Positions 25,201 to 37,200 of a DNA stretch of 64,000 nt are shown piece by piece. How positions within the stretch are numbered: the stretch's first letter is position 1; every line of letters begins with the position of its first letter. Origin of the DNA: Vicugna vicugna (Eukaryota). The position numbers were made by a program, and so were the translations under genes. The notes beneath the pieces were generated by a model that was not told the origin of the DNA, did no database searches, and saw nothing but the letters and a program-made list of their open reading frames with translations. The stretch is from positions 3,387,502 through 3,451,501 of the forward strand of contig MU058059.1 of assembly GCA_013265495.1 (NCBI GenBank). The letters are read 5' to 3'.

Positions 25201-28200
25201 GGGCTCTGAGGACCAAGCACAGAGCACAGAGCTGCCCACCAGAGCGGCTCCTTCGCCAGGAGGTCTCCAAGGGCTTTCAGCACCGTCTTCCGGCGTGCCT
25301 TCCAGTTCAACACGGGGAGGACCAGCGGCTGGCTCCGCGGGGGCGTCCTCCGGCCTGATCTGGACATCCTCGGGGGCTTCCTGGTCTCTGGTCCTTTCAT
25401 TGCTTTGTTCGGGAAAAAGAAAGTGAAAATTATAAAAAGAATTACTGCAAAAAATCAATGAAGGACACTACATAAAGCATTTAGACAAGATAAATATTAA
25501 AAATTACAAATTATTCATACAAATTGAGTAGTTTACATCTATTACTGATAATGTTTTTTTTTCCCAAAAATCAGGTGTTCTGTGTTCAGAGGTGTAAACA
25601 CCTGTTAAGTCTAGACACCAAAGCTTTACGCATTAGCTGAAGAAGCTAACATTTAAGAATGTCAGGATTCGACAATACGATGCTAATTTTAGTAATACAA
25701 AGATTACAAAGAAATAGTAGGAAGACAGATTCGTACAATGCATTTAAAGCTAAATATATCTTAAAAATCATCTGCTTTTTAGGATTATGGTATTGCCCCT
25801 GTGCTCCAATGACATATCAAAAAGCTGAGAATTAAAACCTACCTGCTTACACCGAGGGAAACATTCCTCTATACAGCATTAGAAGAGACCTTTCCTGACT
25901 ATCTCACAGGATACATTAAAATCCAAGTGTAAGTGATTTTTACTTCTTCCCCACTTTCCAGCTCCAGGGCCAGAAGTTTTCCCCAGAGCCATAACCTCAC
26001 TGATTAGGACAGGGCAGCTCCCAAATTCAAGTCCACGGATCACTGCATCCATCACCTATGCCAAAGCACTGCAGTAAGTTTTAATGTTTATTCCCTGCAT
26101 CTCATTTGACTCAACTAAATATAACAAACGTGTGCTGAACACCTGCTGGGGCCAGGAAACGACCCCGGCAGGTACTGAGGATTCACACGTGAACAAGGGG
26201 CCGATCCTGCTCCTGAGGTTACACTGGAGGCAGAGAGGACGAAGATGAGAGCGGCTGGCTGGCCGCACAGTCTCAGTCCAGGTGTGTCCACGCGGGACTC
26301 AGCGGGCAGAGATGGGAGGTGAACTTAAAGGCTTTAGAGGAAACAGTGTGAGCTGTGTTTGAAAGAACCAATAAACGTTTCTGAGGCTACAGGGAAGAAA
26401 ACACACCCAGAGCAGCAGAGACGGCATGTGTGAAGGCAGGAGGGGTGGTCGAGGCCCAGCCACTGAGAAAACAGCCGCACGGGAGACGTCTGCAGGGATC
26501 ACAGCATCCCGTACCACACAGCCCTGGAACAGCCCCGTGGGCCACAAGAAACAAGGGACAACTGAGCTGCTTTTCTGGAAGTGGTATTTTTGGAAGAGAA
26601 TTCTGGAAGCAGGAGAGAAAGTGGGTGGAGCTGAGGCAGGGCAAGGGCTGCAGGAGGGCAGGTGAGAGAGGTGCCCTGGATGATGGCGGTCGGTGCCAGG
26701 CCGGAGAAGGAACACGTGCCTGTCCCGACAAAGCCCACAGTCTGCTCACTCACCGCGTGCTGCGGGCAAGACCCCAAGGGAGGACGCCGCGAGGACCTCG
26801 GCACGTCCGGCCAGGCCCTGAGCCGAGGCTGCAGCCCATGGAAAGTGGGAAATGCCAGCGTGGCCACTGATCTGCGCAGAACCCTGGGTGTGCCTGCCCA
26901 GGCCTGGCCGTAGGTGGCCCAGAGAGGCAGCGGGGCACAGACAGACAGCGGGGAGGGAGGCCATGTCCTTGCACGAAGGGAGGCTCAGGAGCAGCATTTC
27001 TTAGGCTTAGAGGGAAAGGCCGGAAGAGAGGAAGGAACTGAAGCCACACGAAACGGACGGGGGAACTGCAGAGCGATCTCCTTCTGAGGAAACAGGCTCG
27101 AGAACCCTGGGGCCACACGAAGTGGGGACAGGCACCTCGGCCTCAGAGTGCCGGGGACATGCGGGCGGACACTGCAGGTCAGTCTGTGGGGGGAGCGCGG
27201 GAAATCTGGACCGCAGGCCTCATACAGGAGCTCACGAGGCCTGCGCCCTGGAAGGACACACACTGCCTGCGTGACATCCCGGTCACAGGGCCCCACACAG
27301 CTCTCCTGAGGTGACCAACGTCCTCGCTGTGGCTTCACCTCACAATAATCTTCACATTGTCTTCAGAAACATCGTCTCTAGAAACACGATTACTTCAAAA
27401 TAATTTTTTAAAAACATAAAAATATCTAATAAGTCATCCAAAATCACCCCACACAGTGACAGCACAAAAATCCTGGTGTTTCTCTTCCATCTTTATCACC
27501 ATAAAGTGCACACAGACTAATAAACTCCTGTCACAGCCGTGCAAGAACTCAGAGCCAGCCCCGCACCAGCCCCGCTGACTCCACACTTACTCTTTGTTCA
27601 TAAAAACGAGGGACTGGCCTCGACGGCTGGAAAGATCCTTTCCCTCTCCGACTCCCCACCTGCCCCACCGCCAAAACAGTTCTTGAAGCTGGTGCTATTA
27701 TGCAAAAGAAACGTCTTCTGTATCTGTATGAATTACGTATTTTTCAATCAAGTCTAAAGATTTTTTTTCCTTTGTTTTGGGTTAACTGGTGAAATCTGAA
27801 TGACGTCTCCAGATGACATACTGTGTGTTAATTTCTTAATTGTGGTAATTAGACTGTGGCTATGTATTACTGTCGTGTTTTGAGAAATGCATAGTGAAAT
27901 ATTTAAGGTAAAAAAGAGTAAGTATTAATAAGCTTAAAACTTACCTCAAAGAATTCAGAGAGAAAATAAAATTAAAGCAAGTATGGTGAAGTGCAGGGAA
28001 ATACATACAAGGTCTTGTGGTAGCTCACTTCGAAAAAAAAATGTGACAATGAATATATGTATGTTCGTGTGTAACTGAAAAGTTGTGCTGCACACTGGAG
28101 TTTGACACATTGTAAAATGACTATAACTCAATAAAAAATGTTAAAAAAAAATAAAGCAAGTATAAGATTTTTAACATTTGAAGAATCTGGATGAAGGGCC

Positions 28201-31200
28201 TATGGGATTCTGTGTGCTATTTCTACAGTTTTTCTGATACCATGCAAATTAAATTTTAAAAATTAAAGTAGCAGGATATTGTTCGGTGAGGGTGGGGAGC
28301 AAATGGTTAAATCCTACTTAAGACTTTATCTATCATTTGATGAATTTCAGAAACTTGCGTTTAAAATACACAGAAAGAACCCAGTTAAAGGGCCATCTGG
28401 CATATAAAACTACTCCAAGGGCCTGATGTGCCTGGATCACTGTCTTACTTCGGCATCAAATTAAATTTTAATTTTCTTAGCAGGAAAAAAAAGAATAACT
28501 GGCCAACTCATTCTATTTGCCTAATGAAAAATTACCAGTTTGTCCCAACTTAAATCTCCTGGTATGGCTTCAAAGAGACAAAAAAAAATCTTCTCTAGTA
28601 TTAAATTCTTGGAAGTATCAAATTCTGTATGAATAACAGCCACTTCAAACTGTCGAAAATATAAATTCTCTAATACTGATTTTTCCTAGAGCCAGATAAT
28701 TGTCAGTGCTCGGTCAAGCTGCTAAATGCCAAAATTCTGATATCCCTGACCACCAGTCTTTCAAATGCTGTTACACCAGCAGGAGCTGTTCTGAGAACGT
28801 GTAACCAGAGACGTTTAACAGACGTACTTAAAACAAAACTACGAAAATATCTACCAATTCTTCTAATCAAAAGAAAAAGAAAACGCTCCAAAAAGAACAT
28901 TATAAAAATAGTGAAAATGAAAAAAAATATTCACAAGCAGGGAAACTGGAAAGCAAAGTTTAAAAAATTATACCTATTTTTCTCTTCTACTGATGCATCA
29001 TCTGAACTTTTGCTTTCTTCTTTAAAGTACTGGCCTGAGCTAGATGGATTAGCAAAAGTAGATATGAAAGGTCCCAGAGACTGAAAAGCTGCCTGGCGAA
29101 CCTAGGAAGAAAAAAAGGACAGGAATAAAACATAAGTCCGTCTTCAGCTAGGATTCATCATTCCTCATCAATTATTTCCTCCTTCTAAATTTTTCATCCT
29201 GCTTGAACAGTTACAACATGAGAACACGAATATGAGACCCTATAAAACATCTAAGTGGAACAGAAATTACGTACAGGTTAAGTGGGGGGAGGGTGTAGCT
29301 CAGTGGCAGAGCATGTGCCTAGCATGCACAAGGTCATGGGTTTAATCCCCAGTACTGCCACAGAAATAAATTAAAAAATAACCTAATACCCACCCCCACA
29401 AAAAAAATTAAAAGAAAGAAAACAGTTACTATAGTAGTCTACTGTCTACTAAAAGCATTAGCAATAACATGCCTTAAATGATCAATTATTCTTAAATTAT
29501 GAAATCAAATCATGTTTTCTATAAACTGTATTATTTTATAAAAATGATAATTAAGCGAAACCCTACCCAACGTGAAGGATCACTGATCAAATTAATAAAC
29601 AGTGCGGATAATTTAGTCCGTCGGATTTCTTGACACGTTGCACAGGAAACTGCCATGAAGCACTCGGCACAGGCCTTCCGGACGCCCCACACGTTATCAG
29701 AGCAAAGCTGGAAAAACCTAGGCAGCTAGCGACAGGGATGGGGCCCGTCAGGCAACAGACACCAGCCTCCAGGGCTTACTTTTATTTCATTTTCTGCTTT
29801 GACAGCATTTCAAACATTAGATTTCTGTTAATAAAATTCAGAAGGCCTATTTACTATTACAAGTTAGCAGTTCTAAGCAAGCTCACGCCTGATTCAGACC
29901 AGTACTGACTACGGAGAAGGAAGAACACCCCAACACGCACAGCTGGAGCACCACCCAGGAGCCTGTCCTTCCTCACTGCGGCGACGGGCGGACTCGGGCT
30001 CTTCAAGCATGCTAACTTCTACATCAAGCGTTTGTATCCCGTAAACTCACCATTTAAAAATCACCTGCTATAAATCTGCCACTAGAATACTTGAGGGTTG
30101 CAATAGAAGTAAAAATTTGTTTGAATAAATAAGAATTGATTTTATAGAAATGCAAGCGTTAAACAGGGATTGATGGTTCTTACACATACCTACATTTTTA
30201 ACAAACTGTCCTTAACAAAACACAGTTCAGCCTACAGAAATTTAAACTCCTAAACTCGAAGTGGTACTATCTTCCTGGTTTAGCTCCATGGGACTGTGTT
30301 AATAAAATCTGGGGGTAACCGTCAGTGTTTCAAACTTAACGTGCTACTTTGTAACACGCTGCTCCCTCCATAATTCCTTTCTGCAATACTTACCAACATT
30401 TCCTCAGTAGCCTGCTGGCCAACTACGCTGCAAATGTCTCCAAAGTTGGCAGCACACACCTGACGAGAAAAGCATCAGTGGCATTTCACAATATTGCAGA
30501 GTTCTTTAAAAATAACCTTTTGAGTTTCACAGAGCAATACAGTGACCACCAGAACCACCTTTTCTTAAACAGCAGCAGCAAAATACCTTTCGAACGTGAA
30601 ACATTCTGCAGTCACAGCACATCTCACAGAACCTGGGGAGGATAAGGCGCTCGGTGATGTCCTTCCCAACCATGGGGGCCATTCTGCACATTATCTGAAA
30701 CAAGAACGAACAAAAACACACTGAAAACATTTTCAAACTAAGACTTTTCCAGCTTGCTTATTTATTAACAGCCTATAGTTTAAGGAAACATAAAATACTT
30801 CCTCAGTCCATACGGGGCTTGGGTTTCCCAACTGCACCGGTAATTTTTCCAGTCTTTTTTCCCCCCAAGACTGTAAAGCGAGGCTGTATTAAGTGGCAGA
30901 ACACTCTCAAGGGGAGAATACCATCTCTTCTTCCCATCTTATTTTCCCATTTGCTATAATGAATTTACAGTTATTTCGTTACTTTCTTGCTGTACTTCTT
31001 GCTTTCTCAGAGCCCAGTGACGCAGCCATCGAATTCACAGGTGCTCTGCACAGCACGGGGCACAGAAAGCACCTTTTCCCTAGACGGCTATGTCCCTTCC
31101 GGGCCCAGCATCATATCTCAAATGCAATGACCTGTGGCTACTCGGACACCCCACAGTATGGATGCAGTGAAACGTGTAACGAGCACCTCCTGCCTGTCAA

Positions 31201-34200
31201 CACAGGACACTTTTTCCCTAAATGGAGAAGCAGTTCCACTTACGGCCACCGCTTCCGTCTTCACGTCGTCGGTGCTGTCGGGGGCGGTCAGCCCCACGAG
31301 GACGGGGCACACTTTGGTCTCCACGTCGAACCGTTCAATCAGCTCCTGCTCCAGCAGAGCCAGCAGGGCCGCCTGGCTGGTCTTCCTCACCTGGGAGAGA
31401 ATGGGCCCGAGAACCTGGGACTCACTCACGGTAACCACAGGCTAACACCCGAATCTCACACGTCTGAAGACCTCTCATCCCAACTTAAAGGCGCTCACAA
31501 CCGGCAGAACCTTGCAAATAAAAGTCGGTGGCTATTTTCTTCAACTAAGGCTAAAACAGAACTCTGCAGGTGGTGCTGTAACAGACAAGGGGGAGCAGAA
31601 GCGCTGTTCTTGTACACTAGGTCTCAAAGTGACAGATGTCCTGCGGGATACCAGCAGGGCACCAGGTGAGGATGCAGCCCGACTGGCATGAAAGACACCT
31701 CCAGGGACACGCGGGTGTTTTGAAAAACAGAGAAACCAAGTCGCAGAGGAAGGAACACCCCAATGAGACCACCTGGGGGCCACTGAACACCCACGAGACC
31801 ATGTGGAGAGGGCACACTCACCTGGTTATTCTGATCTGCCAGGTACCTCACCACGATAGGCAGCAGGTATTTGGAGAAAGCATAGGGGATGGCGGGCCGG
31901 TTTTCTTGACAGAACAAGGCGATGTGGGGCACCTGCTCCATCAGCTCCGCTCTCACTGTTGGTTCTGGTGAAATTGGAGCGCGTGAACGACGTCCTCCCA
32001 CAGGAGCACCACCGGGTCTGGTGGGAGGCCAGTGAGGAAGCGCCAGACCCCTCCTCCACCCAGAGCGCCTGCGACTCTTCTCTTGGCCTGAGGGGGGCCG
32101 ACCCCGTGGGCGAGGGGCCTGCCCCGTCCCAGCGTCTGTCTCACTGTGTGCACGGGGACTGCACCTGCTCATCACCAGCCCTGCGCCTAACATCCCACCC
32201 ACCAACTACAAGCTGCCACCACCCGTCGGCTCTGCTACCAGCCCCTCCCAGCACAAGCCAGAAGGACTGGCCCCTAGCCCAAAGGCAGCCAGCTAGCGGA
32301 GGGCGCACAGTCGGACTCAAGTAAGATGAGGGGCGAGTGAGTATAAAGGAGACCAGTGGACGTAAAAAAACCAAAACAAAGCCCGACAAGACCCAAGCAG
32401 ACGCGGCAGGTTTACGCGTGGCAGACACAGCACCGCAAACCTCCGGGTTTCCAAAAGAGGAATCGTCCAGCAAGCACTGGTCGGAAGGTCAGCCGGTCAC
32501 ATGAGAAACAAGGCAGGATTCCTAGGCTGCTCACCACACACAAACTCGACGTGAACCACAGGGCCAATTTTTCTTTTTAAAGATCAAAAGCCCTTTCAAG
32601 GCAAACTGAGAAACTAAGATGAGCTAATTTCACTTTATAAAGAAAAACTTCATTATACACCACAGATGCCACATTCAGTAAAAGACAGAACTTTTGGGAG
32701 GAAATACATGTATAATGAAGTGTTAATAAAGAAATGCATAAAGAACCCCTCGTTCACATGAACAGAAGAGAGAAACTAAGGCTACGAATGGGCAGTTCAC
32801 AGAAGAAACGAAGTGGCTGAGCCTTGGCAGACGTGCGGAGTCCCCAGCACAGCCCGCTGCACCAGCCCTCCTCAGTGCCCTGGCACCAATCGACTCTGTT
32901 CCCACAGCTACGTTACGGTAATGTACAAATGCGTCCAGAGGAAATTTAACTTTCAACAAACGAAATTAATGAAACTATCAGGAGAGTATGTCCTAGCACT
33001 GTACAAAGCTAAAAATTTTATCAACAACCTGGCATTGGGAATTTCCACTGCACGGCGGTGCCATGTGAAGTCAGACGGTACTTGAACAAAATAGTGCACT
33101 TCTGTTTTGAGAAATAAAAACTAATTTTTAATAAAGGTACTCTTTCTGACTGAATTTGCGAATGCTGGCGTAATACACCTATTTTTCAAGCAAAAGAAGT
33201 TCCAGTCTTCGTTGAGAATGAAATCAGTAACTTTTCTTTCCTCAAAGCCCTGCTTAGTCAAACAGACCAACAGAACAAAACAGAGTCCAGGCGCGGACCA
33301 GACAGAGAGACAACTGGTAACTGAGGTGTAGCAGGGAAGACAGTCTCTTAAATACACGCGCTGTGTCCACACATTGACAAAGAAACAGAACGGGATGCAG
33401 CCCCTGCTGCACACCGTATGCAGGAGCCAAGTCCAGCCGGGATGTAACCTGAGTCAGGGGTACGATCAGTGTGGCTTCCAGGTCAGATACCGTGGGGAAC
33501 AGCCACGACTCTGGGCTGAGGAAAGGGGTCACAGGCGGCCCTGTCCGTGAGAGGGAGAACTGCCCTCCCAGAGCAGGCGCCGTTCTCAGGGTGACAGAGA
33601 GGAAAATACACCTCAAAGTACAAGCTCCGCTGGGTGACACAGGGCTCGTATCCGGAATACGGAATCCTGCCAATCTATAAGAAAAAAGACTGTCAGCCTT
33701 AAAAAGGGGAAGGGACTTGAACAGGTATGTCCAAAAAGAAGATTCCCGGACAGCCAGTAAGCAAGTGACCAGGTGCCCAGCCTTTCTGGTCGGTAGGAAA
33801 TGTCAATGAAAACGACAGTGAGATGCAAAGGCAAACCACTACCTCTCTGGCAAAATTTTAAATAAACAAAGAAGAGCTGGTGAAGACGGGAAGCAACAGA
33901 GACTCTCAGACACCGCTGCTGCTGCTGCTACAAACCAGTGTCACTTTGGAAACCTCAACATAGCGTCAAAAATGAGCACAGGTATAACCTCTGACCGCGG
34001 GGCTCCCCTCCCGAGCAGCCGCCCCGGGACATGCACACGTGTGGCTGACGGTCCACGGACAGAACGGCGGATGAACAGGCTGCAGAATATTCAACTGCAA
34101 TCCCTGGGTGGTAATTTTCAGAAAACTTTAAATAGCTACATGCACAGGCATGAGCTTCGGCGGTTCAGAGAGGAGCACAAAAGAATACACCCAGGATGAC

Positions 34201-37200
34201 ACCCAGGGTGACTCTGTGTAAGGTTCAAACTGATCTGTGTGTTCAGGGGTCACTCACTACCCGTGAGCAAGGAGGATGCGCAGAGAACAAAAGCACAAGG
34301 CCCCTGAAAAGGAACACCAGCGTCAGCGGCATCAAATACTCAAGTCGGTGCAGGCTAGGACCTGGCAGCGAGCGCTCTGCCGGGGGACAAAGGGCTGGAC
34401 AGTGAGAACCTGGAAGATATGCTGCTCGAGCAGGACTTCTGTCTTCTGAACCACGTACAAAAGTTCAGAAAACTTCCAGGTGGAGGAGAGGGAATATTCA
34501 AAATGTTAAAGGCTGAGAAGTTCCCATATCTGATGCAGAGACAGGAATCTTCAATTCATGGAAGGCACTGTCCTGAGACGAATAAATGAAAGCAAAGCTG
34601 CACCTGAGCAGGGGGCAGCGACACCGCACAGGCTCAAGGAGCAGCAGTCTTGGAGCAGTCAGGAACACCCAGGCCTCCTCAACGACGGCGTCGGGCCAGC
34701 TGACTTCACAGCAAGAGCAGAGTGGGTAAGAGCAACAGCGCCAGCTAGATCGTCCCACTCAGCTACATGCCATTTGACAGTAATGGCGCGGGGCAGGGCA
34801 CAACTCAGTGGTGGAGCACATCCTCAGCATGCACGAGGTCCTGGGTTCCGTCCCCAGTCCCTCCTCCAAAAATAAACATGTAAACCTGACTGCCTCTCCC
34901 CGCAAAAAACGTAACGGGGAAACGGAAACACCTCCAGACAAAAGGAAGGGCGCGCCACTCCCAGGCCCCCAGCAATCCGTGCTCCTGCGGAGGGGGGGCG
35001 GGAGGGGGCGGAAGGGCTGGGCAAGAGGCGCACCAGCGAGGGGCATGGAAACAGACTCAGCGGTGAGTCTGCACAAGCGCTCGCTGTACAGCCACCTCCA
35101 AAAGACGAACAAATTCAGGGGAACAAAGGAACAAAGGTAAAAGCTGGAACAGAAAAGGCAGCGTGCAGGGTTCTAAGCGCCTTGCTGGTTTGGGAGGGGG
35201 TTACACGCATTAAGTTCAAGCCGCAGCGGTCTCAGCGGCGTTCCCGACCACCGCGGCCGGCCAGCCCTCTTCGCTGGCTCCCTCCAAGCACACGGCAGCC
35301 ATGGCGTCGCCCCAGCTGGCCCTCCGTCACCCCCACTGCTGCTCTGCTCTCACTCACAGAAGTGCGAGCTCCCTGGCGCGGGGGCCGCGGGGGCCGTGGG
35401 AACCTTGCAGCCGCCCCACTGCAGTCTCCTCTCTCACGGCAGGCGCAGTGACCCACTGCGGACCCACCTCTGGCCTGTCCTCCCCTCTGCGAGTAGCCCG
35501 GCCCTCTACCCCCACGGTCCCCACCAAACCAACCCCAACTCCCCGACTCTGAAGCCAGCCAATCCTCCCGGGATAACAACGTTAGTGTGTCGGCTGCATT
35601 CGTTCATTAATCTGATGACAAGAGTTCTTCCTCGTCTTAGTAATAGTTCTAGCACGGAACCCAGAACTTGCGTCGAGTATGCACTGTTTTATGTTCACCG
35701 AACAAAGTGCGAGTGTAAATGTCAACAGAGATACTTATCAGAAACTCAACTTGGGAACATATTTAAAACCACACACAAAATATACAGACAGAAGGAACAC
35801 CACTATAGCTGGTAAACAGGCAGAAGAAAACAAATAGAAATTCCTCCTTGAAGAGTAAGTCTCTCCTAACAAAGGAGTACGCACAATGGGCTCAACGGTG
35901 CCGGAAGTGGAAGGTGACGTGTCTGCCTCTGCCAGACCGAAACAGACCGCGAGTAAGGTCACCATCCACCAGACACCCCAAACTGCTCCGGAAGCAGCAC
36001 AGACGCGAGCAGCTATGAACACAGACCATCACAGCGAGACAGCACGTCAGTACGCTCACAGACGGCGTCTTCCACAAGGTGATAAAAATACTTAAAGCTA
36101 TGTAAATAGTGAACACAGTCCCAGAGAAGGGAGCCACAAAAAGATGAACTCATCTAAAACTGAAGATGAGACCTGCTGACATGCCAAAAAGTCTGCTGGA
36201 AACTGAAAAACACATTTTAATAAAGAGATCATGAATTAAAAAAATTATTTTTGATTGTTTCTAAAGTCAAACACAAAAATATGCTTAATAAAGTATTAGG
36301 TTAAAATGGTAAATTTCATGTGTGTTTTACCACAATAAAACTATTCTTTAAAAAAACTTAATAAACTGTATTCTAAGCATCAAGTCAAGTTCACCTCTTC
36401 CTTAAGCAGACTCTCCACTTACCTCCACTTTACACACAAGGCAGCTTTGGTGTTACAAGGGGTGGTTAACTTTTTTTTAATACAAGTAATGCATCTGACA
36501 TTTCACCTAAGAACCTTACAGCCCACTCCACCCTTTTTAATTTATTCAAAATTATTTTCAAGGTTTTTATCAATCCTAAGATACTATTAATGTACATGAT
36601 GCAAGACAACGTTCTTGGACTTTTCTGACGAGAAGTTTCCAGACTTCAGCCGAGCAGGCGGAACGCGCGGCCTTAGCAGGTTCTTACCTTCTTCTCGCTG
36701 ATAGGGTTGATGATTCTCTTAGGAAATCTTTTCAAGAGATCTCACGTCACACTAGGTTTTCAGTAAGTTTTAGAAACACGAATTCAGTGAAAGAAACCTT
36801 TCTCCGCATAAACATATACCTGAGTCATCAGCTAATCTGCTAATTCTTTCCAAAACGGCAATACAATCTCTTTCATCATCGCAGACTTCCCTCAGTGTAT
36901 CCAGCAAACTCCGGGCCACCATTTGTCTACACGGGAAAAGAAGATGACATGGTGTTCAGTGACTTCGACAGCTAACATTTGGCATTTGAAAGGGCAGAAT
37001 CTATATTAGTTTACAAGAAATATGTATTATAAAATATACTAAGGAAAAATTAAGTCACTAATTTCCAACATGACAAATGCCAGTGTGGATTTTATTTTAA
37101 CAAGATGAGAGTGAATATTTACCAAAATATTCTTCAACTATCTGACAAATATCTAAGGTCACTGAAAATGTGTTTCAAATAGCTACCTTTAATAGTCATA

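Noticed and set aside
30893..31669. 258-aa plus-strand ORF
   Set aside because: Antisense to exon 6 and flanking introns, GTG start, no recognisable domain.
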